Source of the DNA: a virus
IMG/VR virus record: IMGVR_UViG_3300042691_032784
Location: 1-64,000 of that record
Direction: 5' to 3' (one strand)
DNA length: 64,000 nucleotides
The notes beneath the pieces are model-generated. The model searched no databases. It was given only the letters and a program-made list of their open reading frames with translations, and had not been told where the DNA came from. The number at the start of each line of letters is the position of its first letter. Within the stretch, counting starts at the first letter, position 1. The position numbers and the translations under genes are program-made. Of this stretch, positions 11,201 to 23,600 are shown in pieces.

Positions 11201-11596
11201 AATAAAGTTACTATAGAATCTAAAGTTCCGGCAGAAGATTTATATGATTTAAGAACTAAACATAAAAGTAAAGTTTCTAATTTTGTTTCTTATCCTTATG
11301 TACATAAAGATATTTCTACTTATGTAGATAAAATTCTTGAAGAAAATAATTTAATTGTAAGTGGTGGTTTTAGAGGAGAAGCTACTCATTTTGGTTTAAA
11401 AGAATCTGCTCAAAATAGTACACATAAATATGCACATGGAATTGATTTTAGAGCTGATAAAGAAGGAGAAGATTTTTATACTAGAGTGTCTACTAATCCT
11501 GATTTATTAAAACAATATGGCATTGCTAAAATTTATCGTCATGTTGTTGATGGAGTTCCTCATATACATACAGAATTTTATAATACCCAATTATAG
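8291..11596 (+). CDS. Virion cargo protein with C-terminal peptidase M15 (LAS/Hedgehog-fold Zn peptidase) domain
   Basis: 1101 aa; C-terminal SGGFR...S-T-H-K-Y-A-H-G-I-D-F...H-I-H fits the HxxxxxxD...HxH zinc motif; lies between cargo gene and RNAP. Confidence 0.7.
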   Translation: MLQPQRSKLLGDLYYDNTPRPFVPPPIEERKAFFKQKEDDYLFAKDSKNELENILKTMPYLESNTDSKSVYDDMIRKSNNVLSKINADNYEDNVLNVKQLAHDIYNKFGGYELVTEAQQMSDLDAQIDEAIKDPERANWTKQQNRLNHKGIRFNEDGTITRPKVSGRPIIKDVNVQEKLLKLMDDWKADGYVVTDPTTGKLIVNREIPGYLGFKKGEVVTEDELAQAGMAYMEADLETKQYLDEYAQFKASQIPPTAENLNRILSPTVKEAVFGNSNISDGEIQAKIDNGEINPSDFINQYIKQTEKVKALEAPVAKYGYRKEELTTLEDKLLMEALKTSASNNAAKTQEESNVAISVEPFKVKPNYNTIDINNINTQKKQLSDERLKVQAEIASYNLQLNEGKGISPQQLDLMNKQVTELDNKIAAFEEQERIINKQFEDLAKKSNVGLTETYNKYYNESVNETIKTNKEILNNDRDSLIDVTSLYNKENNTLFNKKLPDGTGKMRSSYDNDIIIKDGKYYLRPSEIGYDKDLLDILEDYAFNSSGNINNTIVKSSASFYDTPEEEEFKSMAVQAYANNESSTNFGVPKSFYKDYKNKLLFSGALLNAVDKVKKQHGSIDEIGGLNGTQDMNYFMVEGETTKNTSKQYVSMRSILNQSFKKTPQQYEVDGRSIADILVNDYGLPDISDKYIDWDKTSAEYLIQRDRVNGTQYGLDIKLTKEGKEKLDSLWFTNATMDKNANSIKLIANNPTKNKPEEDAKIRDLMFSLYAEVADTSTYYKESLAKDMGELYFNTKPEGEKLDNLNLYVLPNGEEAKLKINEGTSNEEQLNIKSIARSTRQSNIRNVDYEVSRFRNNTRQIFATDNKGNTGWISDTEVGVDKNYNSVYFKTPSDIKQVLGATLLASDYKKYKTADAVNPYADYLESLKTNGYTQTSNASVQRTDYNSYLNNLKNIYNNNSYNINITNTTGNKVTIESKVPAEDLYDLRTKHKSKVSNFVSYPYVHKDISTYVDKILEENNLIVSGGFRGEATHFGLKESAQNSTHKYAHGIDFRADKEGEDFYTRVSTNPDLLKQYGIAKIYRHVVDGVPHIHTEFYNTQL

Positions 11597-11626
11597 ATTA
11601 TATATAAATTTTATAAATAATAAATT

Positions 11627-14600
11627 ATGGATAATTTAAAAGAATCTACACCAAATACTGGTACAGATTTAACAAGTGATTTATTAGCTGAAATAACCTC
11701 AAAGAATTCTTTGGGGTTTTCTGCTGATAATAATAATGATACTGACCCTAAAAAGAAAACTAGTAAAGTAGAAACACCTACTGATAGTAAAACATTAGGT
11801 ATGCCTACTACTTCTTCTATAAGTTTATTAGATGGTATGTCAAGATTTGCACATCAAAGAGTAGAAGCGGGAGCAGAAAGAGATACTAAAGTTAATTTAG
11901 ATGAATTAGCTGGTTATCTTAATACTGATTTTATTAGTTCTCGAGAAGCTGCTTTTGGTGAACGTGCTAGAAATCAAAGTAATTGGGAACAAGCACGTAA
12001 TATGTTTGGTAGAATTGGTGCTAATGTATTACCTGAAGTTTTAAGTAATATAGTTAGTGCTTTTGACATTAATAGTTATTATGAAAATGAAAGCCAAATT
12101 AATAATACTGTTGTAGAGTATTTAAAATCTATACAAGATAATGTTAATAAAACATTACCTATATATAGAGAAAATCCGGATAAACCATTAGATATTGGAG
12201 ATGCTGCTTATTGGTTTGAATCAGGAGGTAATTTAGTTACTTCTGCTGTAGGATTTGTAGGAGCAGGTTACGTTACAGGTGGTGGAGTAGGTACTATTTT
12301 TAGTAAAGCTGGACAAGCAGCTAAATGGATAAATACATTAGGTAAAGCTACTAGATTAGGAGATAAAGGTATTAATACTGTTAGAGGTGCTACTACTTTA
12401 ACTAATGCCTTAATGTTAAATCAAGCAGAAAGTTTTGGAATAGGAGTAGATACTTATAATCAAGTTTATAATAATAAACTTACTGAATTAAGAGCAAATC
12501 CTGAAAATTCTAAATTAAGTGATGTTGAAATTGATACTCTTGCTAAACAAAAAGCTTCTGAAGCTGCTGCAAGTGCTATTAATTTTAATAGAATTAATAT
12601 TTTATTAAATCTTAGTAGTGCTAATTTATTCCTTAAAACTCCAATAGGAACTAGAGCTTTAATTGAAGCTCCTAGTAGATTAAAAACTTTAAAAGGTATT
12701 GGATTAGAAGGTTTACAAGAAGCTGCTGAAGAAAATATTAATATGATTGCTCAAAATCAAGCAGTAGAAGAAAATTATACATTTAAAGATGCATTAAATG
12801 ATGTTGGTAGTAGAGAAGGTCTTGAAAGTACTATATTAGGATTTATTGGTGGTGCGGGGCAAACGGCATTAACAAAAGCCGGTAAAATGTTACCTATTTA
12901 TAAAAATACGGCTTTCAGGAATGAATATAATAACGCCTATTCAAAGTTAATACAAGAGGGGTACTCTAGTGAGGAAGCGGATGCAAAAAGTCAGGAAATC
13001 GCTTTAAATAAGGTCAAGTCTAGTAGTAATCGTGTATCTGATAACTTTATAAGACAACAAAGGTATATATTACAACAACAACAAATAGAGGAAAATAATA
13101 ATTTAGGTAAAGTATCTAAAATTAATGATGTTACTTCTGTATTTTATAATGCACAAGAAGAAACTGAATTATATAATAATTTAGCTGATGCAGTTAAAGA
13201 AAAAGATACTATTAAAATTGAAACTTTACAAAATAGATTATTATATCATCAAGCATATAAAAATTTTGAACTTGGTACTACTGATAGTTTAATTGAATTA
13301 TATAATAGTTTAGGTAATTTATCTAAAGAAGAAGCAGAAGAAAAAGGTTTATATAATAGACAAGATGAAGGAACTGAAGATGATTATAGAACTAAAGCTA
13401 AAAATGCAGTTAAAACTATTGAACAATTAGAACGTATATATTTAGAAAGTAAAAAATATATAAATAGTAATGAAGTTTATGGTACTCAAGTAGAAAAATT
13501 AGATTTAGATACTAAAATTGAAAAAAGACAAAAAGAAGCATTAGCTGTTATTGAACAAGCTAAAGTTGATTTAAAAAATAAACCAGAATTTCTTCCTGGA
13601 GATACTTATTTAGTAGATGGTATTATTACTAGAGATAGTTTAAATAAAGTAACTCCTAGATTTAGACAAACTGGTGCATATAGAAAATTTAAAGATAAAG
13701 TTCTTTCATTAGGAATTTTACAAGATACTCATGCTAACGTTCAACAACATTTAGATAATATTACTCGTAAAGAATATCAAGATTTTTTAGCTAAAGTTTT
13801 TAAAGATATGAAAGAAGCTGAAGTTAATAAAAGAAAACAAAAAGATATTGATAATAAAAAGAAAGAAAGTAAAGATAAAATAAATAAAATTGTTAAAAAT
13901 ATTGAAAATAAAATAGATGTTTCCCCCGTAGAAAATAGTGTTGAGGTTGAAACTGATATTATAGGTAATGAAGTTGTAGAAGAAACAAATATACAAAATA
14001 ATGTTCCTGTTGTAGATATTCCTACTGAACAACAATCTACTATTGTAGAACCTATTAATAATAATCAATTAATTAATGATTTAAATATAACTGCTAATTT
14101 TCCTGTATTTAATGAACCTGAATTAGATAATAATTTACAAGCTATTAAAAATGCAGTAGAAAATCCTAATGAAGATGTAGATAAATTACATACTAATTTA
14201 ATTAATTTTACTAATAGTTTTAGTAATGCTTCCTTTAATCTCAAACAACAATATCCTCTATGGGGAAAAGATATTGATAGTACTATATCTGAACTTAATA
14301 GATTAATTAATATATTTAAAGATAAGATTAATTCTATTAATAATATTTCTTCTAATTTAAAACAAGATATTACAGGTTTTGTAGATGAATTATTTGAAGA
14401 TAATAATACTGATATTGAATCTGATGATAATCCTGATACAGTTCCTAATTTTGCAAAAACTCTTAAACAAGCTAAAGATTTATTTAATTTATTACAAAAA
14501 TTAAGTTCTGCTGGAGTAGATATTTATAATTTTAGAGAAGTTATAATTACTATGGAAAATGTAGTAGGAAAAGAAAATATAATTTCTGTTTTTAATAAAA

Positions 14601-17600
14601 TTAAAAATGTATATAATCTTGCATTAGAAACTAATATTGAAGGTTCATATGAAGAATTAATATTAGAAAAATATCAAAATAGAGGTTTATTAAATAGAGT
14701 TAAAAGATTATCTATGTTTAATATTCCTAAAGGTTTGTATAATTTTACTTTAGATAAAATTACTCAAGATAATTTAGAATTATTTAATACATTAGGTAAA
14801 TTACAAGGAATTAATGCAGAAACTTCTGGTTTTGTATTTAAAACTTATAATGAAACTGGTTCTAATCTTTTAGCTTATTTAAGTAAATTATATCAATTTG
14901 GTTTTACACCTAAACAAACTAATAATGGTGATTCTTATATTGAAGTTACTGAACAAGATATTAATAATTTACTTAATGATAAATTTGATAAAAGAATTTT
15001 AAGTCCTAAATTTTTAAATGTAGGAACTGAAATTACTTTTGTTCCTTTAAGTGAAGTAACTTTAGAAGATGGTACTATTTTAAGTAGAGCTAATACAACT
15101 ATAGATGATGCTCCTATTGGTATTAAAATTAATGATGAATTAATTGAAGGTTTATATTTGCATGATGTTAGTTGGATAAATGCTACTAGATTAAATAATA
15201 CTATTAAAGGTATAGAAGAAGACCAAAATAAATTACGTGCTTTACGTAAATATATATTAGAATCTGAAACTCCTATTAAAACTAAAATTATTAGTAGAAG
15301 TCCTGGTGTTCCTATTTTAGATTCTACTGCTCAATTAAAACCTGTTAATATTAATATGCCTGGTGTAGGTATTGTTATTTCTAAAAATGGTAAATTTTAT
15401 GATAGTAATGATACAGTAATACAAGCAGTTAATACAAAAGTTTTTGATGAAGGTAAAACTGGAATAGTTATTCCATTTGGTAAAAGTAAATTAGTACTAC
15501 CTGTTAAAAGAAATAAATTACAAGATGTTTATATTGATAGTATTATTTCTGCTTTAGAAACTTTTATAAAAGGTAAAAAGAATAATATTTCATCTGAAAT
15601 TGAAAAATTATTAGGTATTAATATATTAACTCAAAATGGTTTTGAAGAATATATTACTCAATTTATTCAAAATACTTATAGTACTAGTAAAAATTTTGAA
15701 GAATTTAAAGAATCATTAGAAACTGTTCCTGAAAGAGTAAATTTAATTAATTTTAGAAATGGAAATTTATATTATGGTTATGGTTTAAATGATAAATCTA
15801 ATTATATTAGTAAAAATAAATATGCTAATGTTAATGATTTTAATCAAGATATATTACACTTTAGACAACATTTAAAAGATACTTATTTTAATGTTAATTT
15901 AGATAATTTAAAATCTAATAAAAAAATAATATTAATTGAAAATAATGTAGTAACTTCTTATCAAGGAAATTATAATGATTTTGTATCTGAAAATTTATTA
16001 ACTTCTTATTTATCTTTTGAATTAGATAATGGAGAGCGTATTTATACTATTCAAAGTAAATTAAATTTTGATATTGATTCTACGGGATTTAATAGTATAG
16101 AAACTAATAAAAAAGAAGAGCAAATTAAATATGAAGAAAGTCAAAATACTGAAGTTGTTAAAGATATAAACACAAATCCAGGTATTCAAAAACTTCCTGA
16201 TGGTTCTACTTTTAATATAGATGAAATTGATTTTGATGCTAATCCTGATATAACAAATCAAGAAGAAATTAATTTTGATTATTTATTAGAATCTTCTAAT
16301 TTAATAAAAGGTGTTCCTATTAATATATATAATAATCTTATAGAATCTATTAGTAGTAGATTTTATACTGATGCTTTAGAAGAAAATCAAGAAGATAATA
16401 TATCTATTAAAAGTATTGAAAAAGAAGTTAACTTATTTATTCAAAGTTTAGAATTATTAAAAGATTCTTATAAAACTGCTTTTGAATTAGGTAGGGCTAT
16501 TAATTTAGAAGAAATTAATAATCAATTAGATGCTTTAATAAATAATAAAGAAAAAATTATTAAAGCTGTTAGAAAAAGAATAGCTAAAAAAGGAATGAAT
16601 TTAGCTACTATTTCTGATTTATCTGAAAATGATATTATTTTAACTAGAGAAGAATCAGATAAAAATAATTGGTTAGATATTGATTTTTATAAAGTTGACC
16701 CTAGAACTACACTAACTAAAGAAGTTAAAAACTTTTTAGAAGGTATTAAAGATTATAAAATAGTAAGAACTGAAAAAGGTGAAACTTATGTTCCTAAAAA
16801 GAATATACTTAATAATAATATAATTATTCCATTTGATAATATTTATATAACTCTTACTAAAATATTAGTAAAATCTAATGATAATATTATTAATTTAAAT
16901 TATGATACTGTTATTAAATTATTAAAAGAAGAATTATCAGTTAAACCTTATTTATTTGATGTTATTAATAAATTAGAAGAATCAGATAATCATTTTAAAA
17001 ATGCTTTTGTAACTAGTTTTAATAAACATCATAGTAATCATTTATATTTATCTGTTAATTATGATAATGTTAATAAAGAATATACTTTTATTCCTACTCC
17101 TGCTAGTTCTAAAAATATTAGTAATTTAGTATTATCTGAATGGCAAAATAATTTAAAATACAAAAATGTTTTTATTCAAGATGGTAATACTGTAAAAATT
17201 AATAAAGAATTTATTAAACAATTTGAAAAACAATATGAAGCTATTTTAAATAATCCTCAGTTAATTAATAGAACTAAAGATTGGTTAGAATCTATAGGTA
17301 TTGTTATTCCTGATATTGTTCAAAATAATTTTATGCTTTATGGTATGTATAGAGATGGACAATTACTTACTATGCATCAACATTTTGACTTATCTAATGG
17401 TATTTTTAAAAATATTAAAAATAGAATAGTTCAATTTGCTAATGATAATAAAGAAGTAAATCCAGAAGTAGAATATGATATAAATACTTTAAATGTATTT
17501 TCAGATAGTTCTATTACTGATTTAGCTAAAACAGTAGCTAAATATAGAAATGATTTATTTCAAGATAATTTTAAAAATGGTAATGGTGATACTGTTCATA

Positions 17601-20600
17601 GTTATGTTAATAATAAATATGCTATTGATAGATTTTTTAAATTAAAAGATGATAATTTATCATTACAATATTTATTAGATATACCTTATAGTGCTGGTTC
17701 TATTTGGTTTAATAATTTAATTAAAACTAATGATGAGGGTATTAGATATTTAAATAAAGAAGGTATTATGTATAAATATTTTAAATATTATACAGCTGAT
17801 AGTATTAAATATCAAAATAATAAATTAGGTAAAGTTATTGATACTTTATCTGAATCTCAATTAGAAGATTTTAAATTAGGTTTATTTTTAAATAGAGGAC
17901 TTAAAGTAGGTAAAGGTAATAATAAAATTCCTATAATGAAAGTTTTATATCCTACTATGTCTGATAAAAGTAATATTTTTATTTTTCAAGTACCTAGAGT
18001 AGAATATAAATTTCCTAATGGTAAGTTATCAGATAATGATAGACTAGATTTAGTTAAAATATTATTTTATCCTGAAATAGATAGAATTAAACAATATCAA
18101 CTTAAAAAAGGTAATTTTAATAATAAAGAATATAATAAAGGGGGTGGAAGATTTATTAGTTTTCCTCTTTTAAATGATATAAAAGAATTATGGAATGAAG
18201 ATGGTACTTTAAAAGAAGAAGTAGGAACTTTAGCTGAATATGATGTTATATTAACTAAACAATTAAGTAGAATATTATCTAATATTATTCAAGAAAAAAG
18301 ACAAGTTTGGAAAGATGCAGGTATTATTAAAACTAATAAAAAAGGTGAAGAATATCTTAAAATAGATAAAGATTATAAAAATGAATTTGGTAATAATGTA
18401 GATAGTATATTAAAAAATTATGTTATTAATACTACTATAGCTAATCTTAATTTTCAACAATTATTTATAGGTGACCCTGCTTTATTTACTAAAGATGCTA
18501 ATATTAAATCTGATTCAAGTTTAATAAATGAAGTTGGTCAAAATATAGCTAATTCTATTATTACTTCTGATAATCAAGGTAAACGTTTAGCTATGGATAA
18601 TGCAGGTAAAGTTTCTATTATTGCTGAAGAAAATGAAACTTTAAATTGGTTAGTTATAGATGATGTTAAAATGAAAAGTACTGCTAGTACTTATATCGAA
18701 TCTTTATTTAAAGGAACTAATGTTGTAGATAAATATAATTCTATTGATGCTTCTGATGCTCAAGAATATACTACTTTAGAAGAACATTTAAAAGTTATGT
18801 TTAAAGCAGGTAAAATTACTGAAGATAATATGAATAGAATATTAGATATTTATAATAAAACTGGTAAAGTTGAATTATCTGATAAAAATATGATATTACA
18901 GCCTATGAAACCTGTATATGGTAATAATTTTTTATATAATGATATAGATACTAGACTTTATGTTAAATCATCTTCTATTCCTTTAATAGCTGAATTGACA
19001 AAAGATACTGCATTAGATGGATTACGTTTATTAATGGAAGGTAGTAGTGGAACTAAAATTGATAGAGTTGCATTTGCTTCTGCTGTTAAAGTAGGTCAAC
19101 CTGCTAATATTCCACAAGTATTTACTGATAATGGTAATACTTTTAAACTTCCTAAAGATTGGAGAAAAGGATTGTTATTAGGTATTCCTAGAGAAGGTCA
19201 TGGTATACAACAAGAAGTTCCTTATGATGAAGATAAAAATGAAGTAAATGATGGAACTCAACAAAGTAAGTTATTGTTTAATAATATATTAGATGTTGAA
19301 GGTTTTATACATCCTGAAACAGGAGAATCTGTAAATGGTAGAACTTTATTAGAAAGTTATAATAATAATTATAAACAATTATTTTTTAATAAATATGATA
19401 AATTATTAAAAGATTTAGATTTTAATACTGAATCTGGACAAATTGGTAATTTATCTAAATTAAAAAATATATTAGTTGAAGAAGGATTAGCTAGAAATTA
19501 TAATATTAATGATATTAATAGTTTTTCTTTAGATGAATTAGCTTTGAATTTTTCTGTTCCTATTTGGTTAAATAATTCTGAAAATAAAATTAGTGCTTTA
19601 TTAAATTCTATTGTAGATAATAGAATTAGAAAAAGAAAAGTTAGAGGTAAATCATTTGTATTAGCCTCACAAGTAGGATTAGGAACTATTGATAGTATTA
19701 ATGAAAATAATATTATTAAACATCCTAATTGGGATGGTACTTTAAAAGCTAGTATGGAAAAAGATGGAACTATTACTTATGCAGAAGTTTTAGTACCTTT
19801 TAAATTTTGGAATAGTGAAGGTAATAGTTTAAAAATTCAAGATTTTATTAAAGATGGTGTTATTGATATTAATAAAATACCTGAACAATTATTAACTTCT
19901 TTTGGTTATCGTATTCCTACACAAGGTTTAAATAGTATGAGTACTATAAAAATTGTTGGATTTTTACCTGATTCTTATGAAGATATTGTAATAGCTCCTG
20001 CAGATTTTGTAATTCAAATGGGTTCTGATTTTGACGTAGATAAATTATATACTCATATGTATAAATCTACTTATAATGAAGATACTAAATCTTTAGAAAT
20101 TATTAGTAAAAAACATTTAAATAAAAAGAATACTATTAAAAATAGTATTGAAATTATTAATAAAAGACTTAAAGATTTACGAAATGAATTAGGTAGTAAA
20201 ACTGCTATTTTAGATAAAAATAAAGCTTTAAGATTAAATACAGCTGAAAATATTCAAAAAGAAATTGATATTTTACAAGTTAAAATATATGCTTTTGTAT
20301 CTCAACGTAATATATTTTTATCTAATAATTTATTGAATATGGATATAGAAAATTCTATATTAGAAAATAATATTTTAGATATTCATTTTTCTGTATTAAA
20401 TAATCCTGCTAAAGAAGTACAAAAAGCTAGAATTAATCCATTAGGTTTTGGTAATTTACCATCTTTAGTTAATAAAGTATCTAAAAATATTAATAAAACT
20501 ACTTTTAGTCCTTTTAATGATAACTACCAAAGTTATAAATATACAAATGCTAGGGCTGGTAAAAATGCAGTAGGTTTATTTTCATTAGATAGTGTTTTTA

Positions 20601-23600
20601 ATGCAGTATTACAATATATTGAAGGTAATGTTAATTTTTATAAAACTACTAAAGAAGGTATTGAAATTGATTATAATTTAAATATAGCAGGATATAATAA
20701 TGTTAATTTAAATAATCCTAATAGTAGTGTACCAGGAAAATATAAATCTGATGTTATTTCTGCTTTTCAATCAGCCGCATTAGATAATGAAAAAGAACAA
20801 TTATTAGGTAAATTAAATATAAATAGTAATACTTTTGATACTATTAGAGCTATGTCTTTAATGGGATTTGATGAAAATATTATTATTGCTTTTATAAATC
20901 AACCTATAATTATAGAGTATTTTAATAAAGCTATTGAAATTCCTAGTTTTAATGAAAATTTTAAAATATTATTAAAGAAAACTTCATTAGAAAAAATGTT
21001 TAATAATATTAAAGATGGAAATATAGATACTGAATATCAAAAAGCTGTATTATATTATTTTAATGATTTAAGTAATAAAGGTGCTATATTAAAACAAATA
21101 CAAAGTACTATTAATTCAGATAGTAGCGGTATTGGTAAAAATTTCTTTTATTCATTAACTAAAGGAGACCAAATTTTAACATTACCTAAATATGATAGTG
21201 ATATTAGAAATATTAGTAAATTAATTGGAGATTATTCTACTTCCCCTTTAGAAGATAGTGTTGATTACAAAGGTACTTATATTAAACCTAATAGTATTAG
21301 TGGTTTTGCTTCTACTTTTGGAGTATTAACTAATAATAAATTATGGAATAATTTTTATCTTTATAATAAAGGTAAAATTAGAGCTATATTTACAGCAATA
21401 ATAGAAAGTCAAAATGAAACTTATAATACTATTCAGAAACAAGCTGATGCACTTAATAGAGTTACTAATTCTTTTAAATCTTTCTTAAGTTCCAACACAT
21501 TCCATCTATGGGGAAAAGACACACAAACTGTAAATGATTTAAGATATAATTTATTATATGATACTGAAACTAATATGAGTTTAGGTTCTATAATTAATAA
21601 TTTAACTCAAAAAGATAAACCTTTTACTAATCCATTATTAGATAGATTACAAATAGGTAGAAATAATGTTACTAATACCTTTTTAGGTAGAATACCTACT
21701 GTTATTAATTATTATAATGCAGGAAGTATTGAAATGAATGAAGAAATTATTATTAATAGTATTATTGATATGTTAGTTAATAATACTTATTTAGGTGTAT
21801 ATAATAATAAAAATTATACTACTCGTAATTTAGCAGAAGATTTAATAGCTTATCAAATGATTACTAGTGGTATACAACAATCTAATAATTTTATTAAATT
21901 TATACCTATTGAGTATTTAAAAAATATAGGATATTATAATAATATGATTGCTAATTATCAATTATTTACTAATGAAGATTTTGTAAATAGTGTATCAGAA
22001 GCATTTTATACTCAATATATTCAACATAATCCTGATGAATTTTATAATGAAGAGATAGCTAAAAATTATGAAGTAGTTGATGGAAAATTATTTAGTAATG
22101 GTACTATTAAAAGACCTTTAGTAGTTTTATCTGGTTTAATGCCTAATAGTTATAGAATTTTTAAATATAATAAAGATATTAAAGATTTTGTTGAATTAGA
22201 CACTTTAGGATATAAAGGATTACAAGAGTATGATATGTGGTCTAGTTTCGCTGGTAAAAGTACTGTTTATATTCAACAAGTAAATAATAATATTGATGTA
22301 TTAAATAAATCTAATTTACCTGTATTTATTAATAATAAATTTAAAGAACCTAATACAGAATATATTCCGGATGAAAAAAATATTAATGATTTTCTTTCAT
22401 TAGATAGAGATACTGAACAAGATAATTCTCCTTTAGTATATAATACTAATACTTCTGATTTAAGTAAAAAATATTATTTAACTGATACATCTTTACCTAT
22501 TGCAGAAAAATATAAACATATTTTACGTAAAATTAGAAAAAATTCTGATAATACTATTTTATCTTATTTTGCAGGTAAAGTTTCTGAAATAATACCAGTA
22601 TTAAATGATATACCTTTATATGTAGATACTAATTTACAAGCTAAGGGTAGATTATATAAAAGTAAAGTATTTGGTGAACCTTATCAAATTAGAATTAATC
22701 CTAATAAGATAAAAACAGAAGAAGAATTACAAAGAGTTTTATTAGAAGAAATAGTTCATGCTATTACTGCTATGGAAGTTGATAAAGGTAACTCTACTTT
22801 TATTAAAAATTTAGAATTATTAAGACAAGATGCTATTAAATTTGCTAAATCTAAATATGGAGAAGGTATAATTGATATAGTTAATGATAAAGTAAAAACT
22901 AAAAAACCTTTAATTACTGGTACTGAAAGTAATATTATTTATAATTTAAGTAATTTACAAGAATTTATAGCAGCTTCTATAAATAATGTAGAATTTCAGA
23001 AGTTTTTAAATAGTATTAATGTTTCTGATAAAACTAAATCATTATGGAAAAGATTAATAGATGCTATTACATCATTATTAGAAAGTTTAGGAGTTAAAAA
23101 AGATAGTAATTTATCAGTAGCTTTACATGAAATTATTAATTTATTTGATAATGTAATAAAACCTACTATATATAGTAATTTTAATAAACCTAAATTTGTA
23201 AGAACTGTAGAGTATCTTAATAATAAATTTAATTTAGTTAATAATGAAGGTATTTTAATTCAAAAAGCTAATGCTGAACAAATTGTTAATTTTATTAATA
23301 ATAATATCGTAAATGTAATAGCAAAAGAACAAAATGGTACTGTTATAATTGAACCTAATAGATTAATTGATTATTCTTTTGATTCTAATTATGAAACTGA
23401 ATATGAAATTATTGAATCTACTCCTGTTAATTTTCCTTCTTATAAACAAGCATTAGAATTAAGAGTTAAAAAATTAAGAACTGCTATTAAAAAAGCAAAA
23501 GATGAAGATAATTTTGTTAGAGTAAGTCAATTAGACGAAGTCTATAAAAAAGATAAAGATTTATTAAGTCGTATTGATGATATTAATTTTTTAGGAGATA

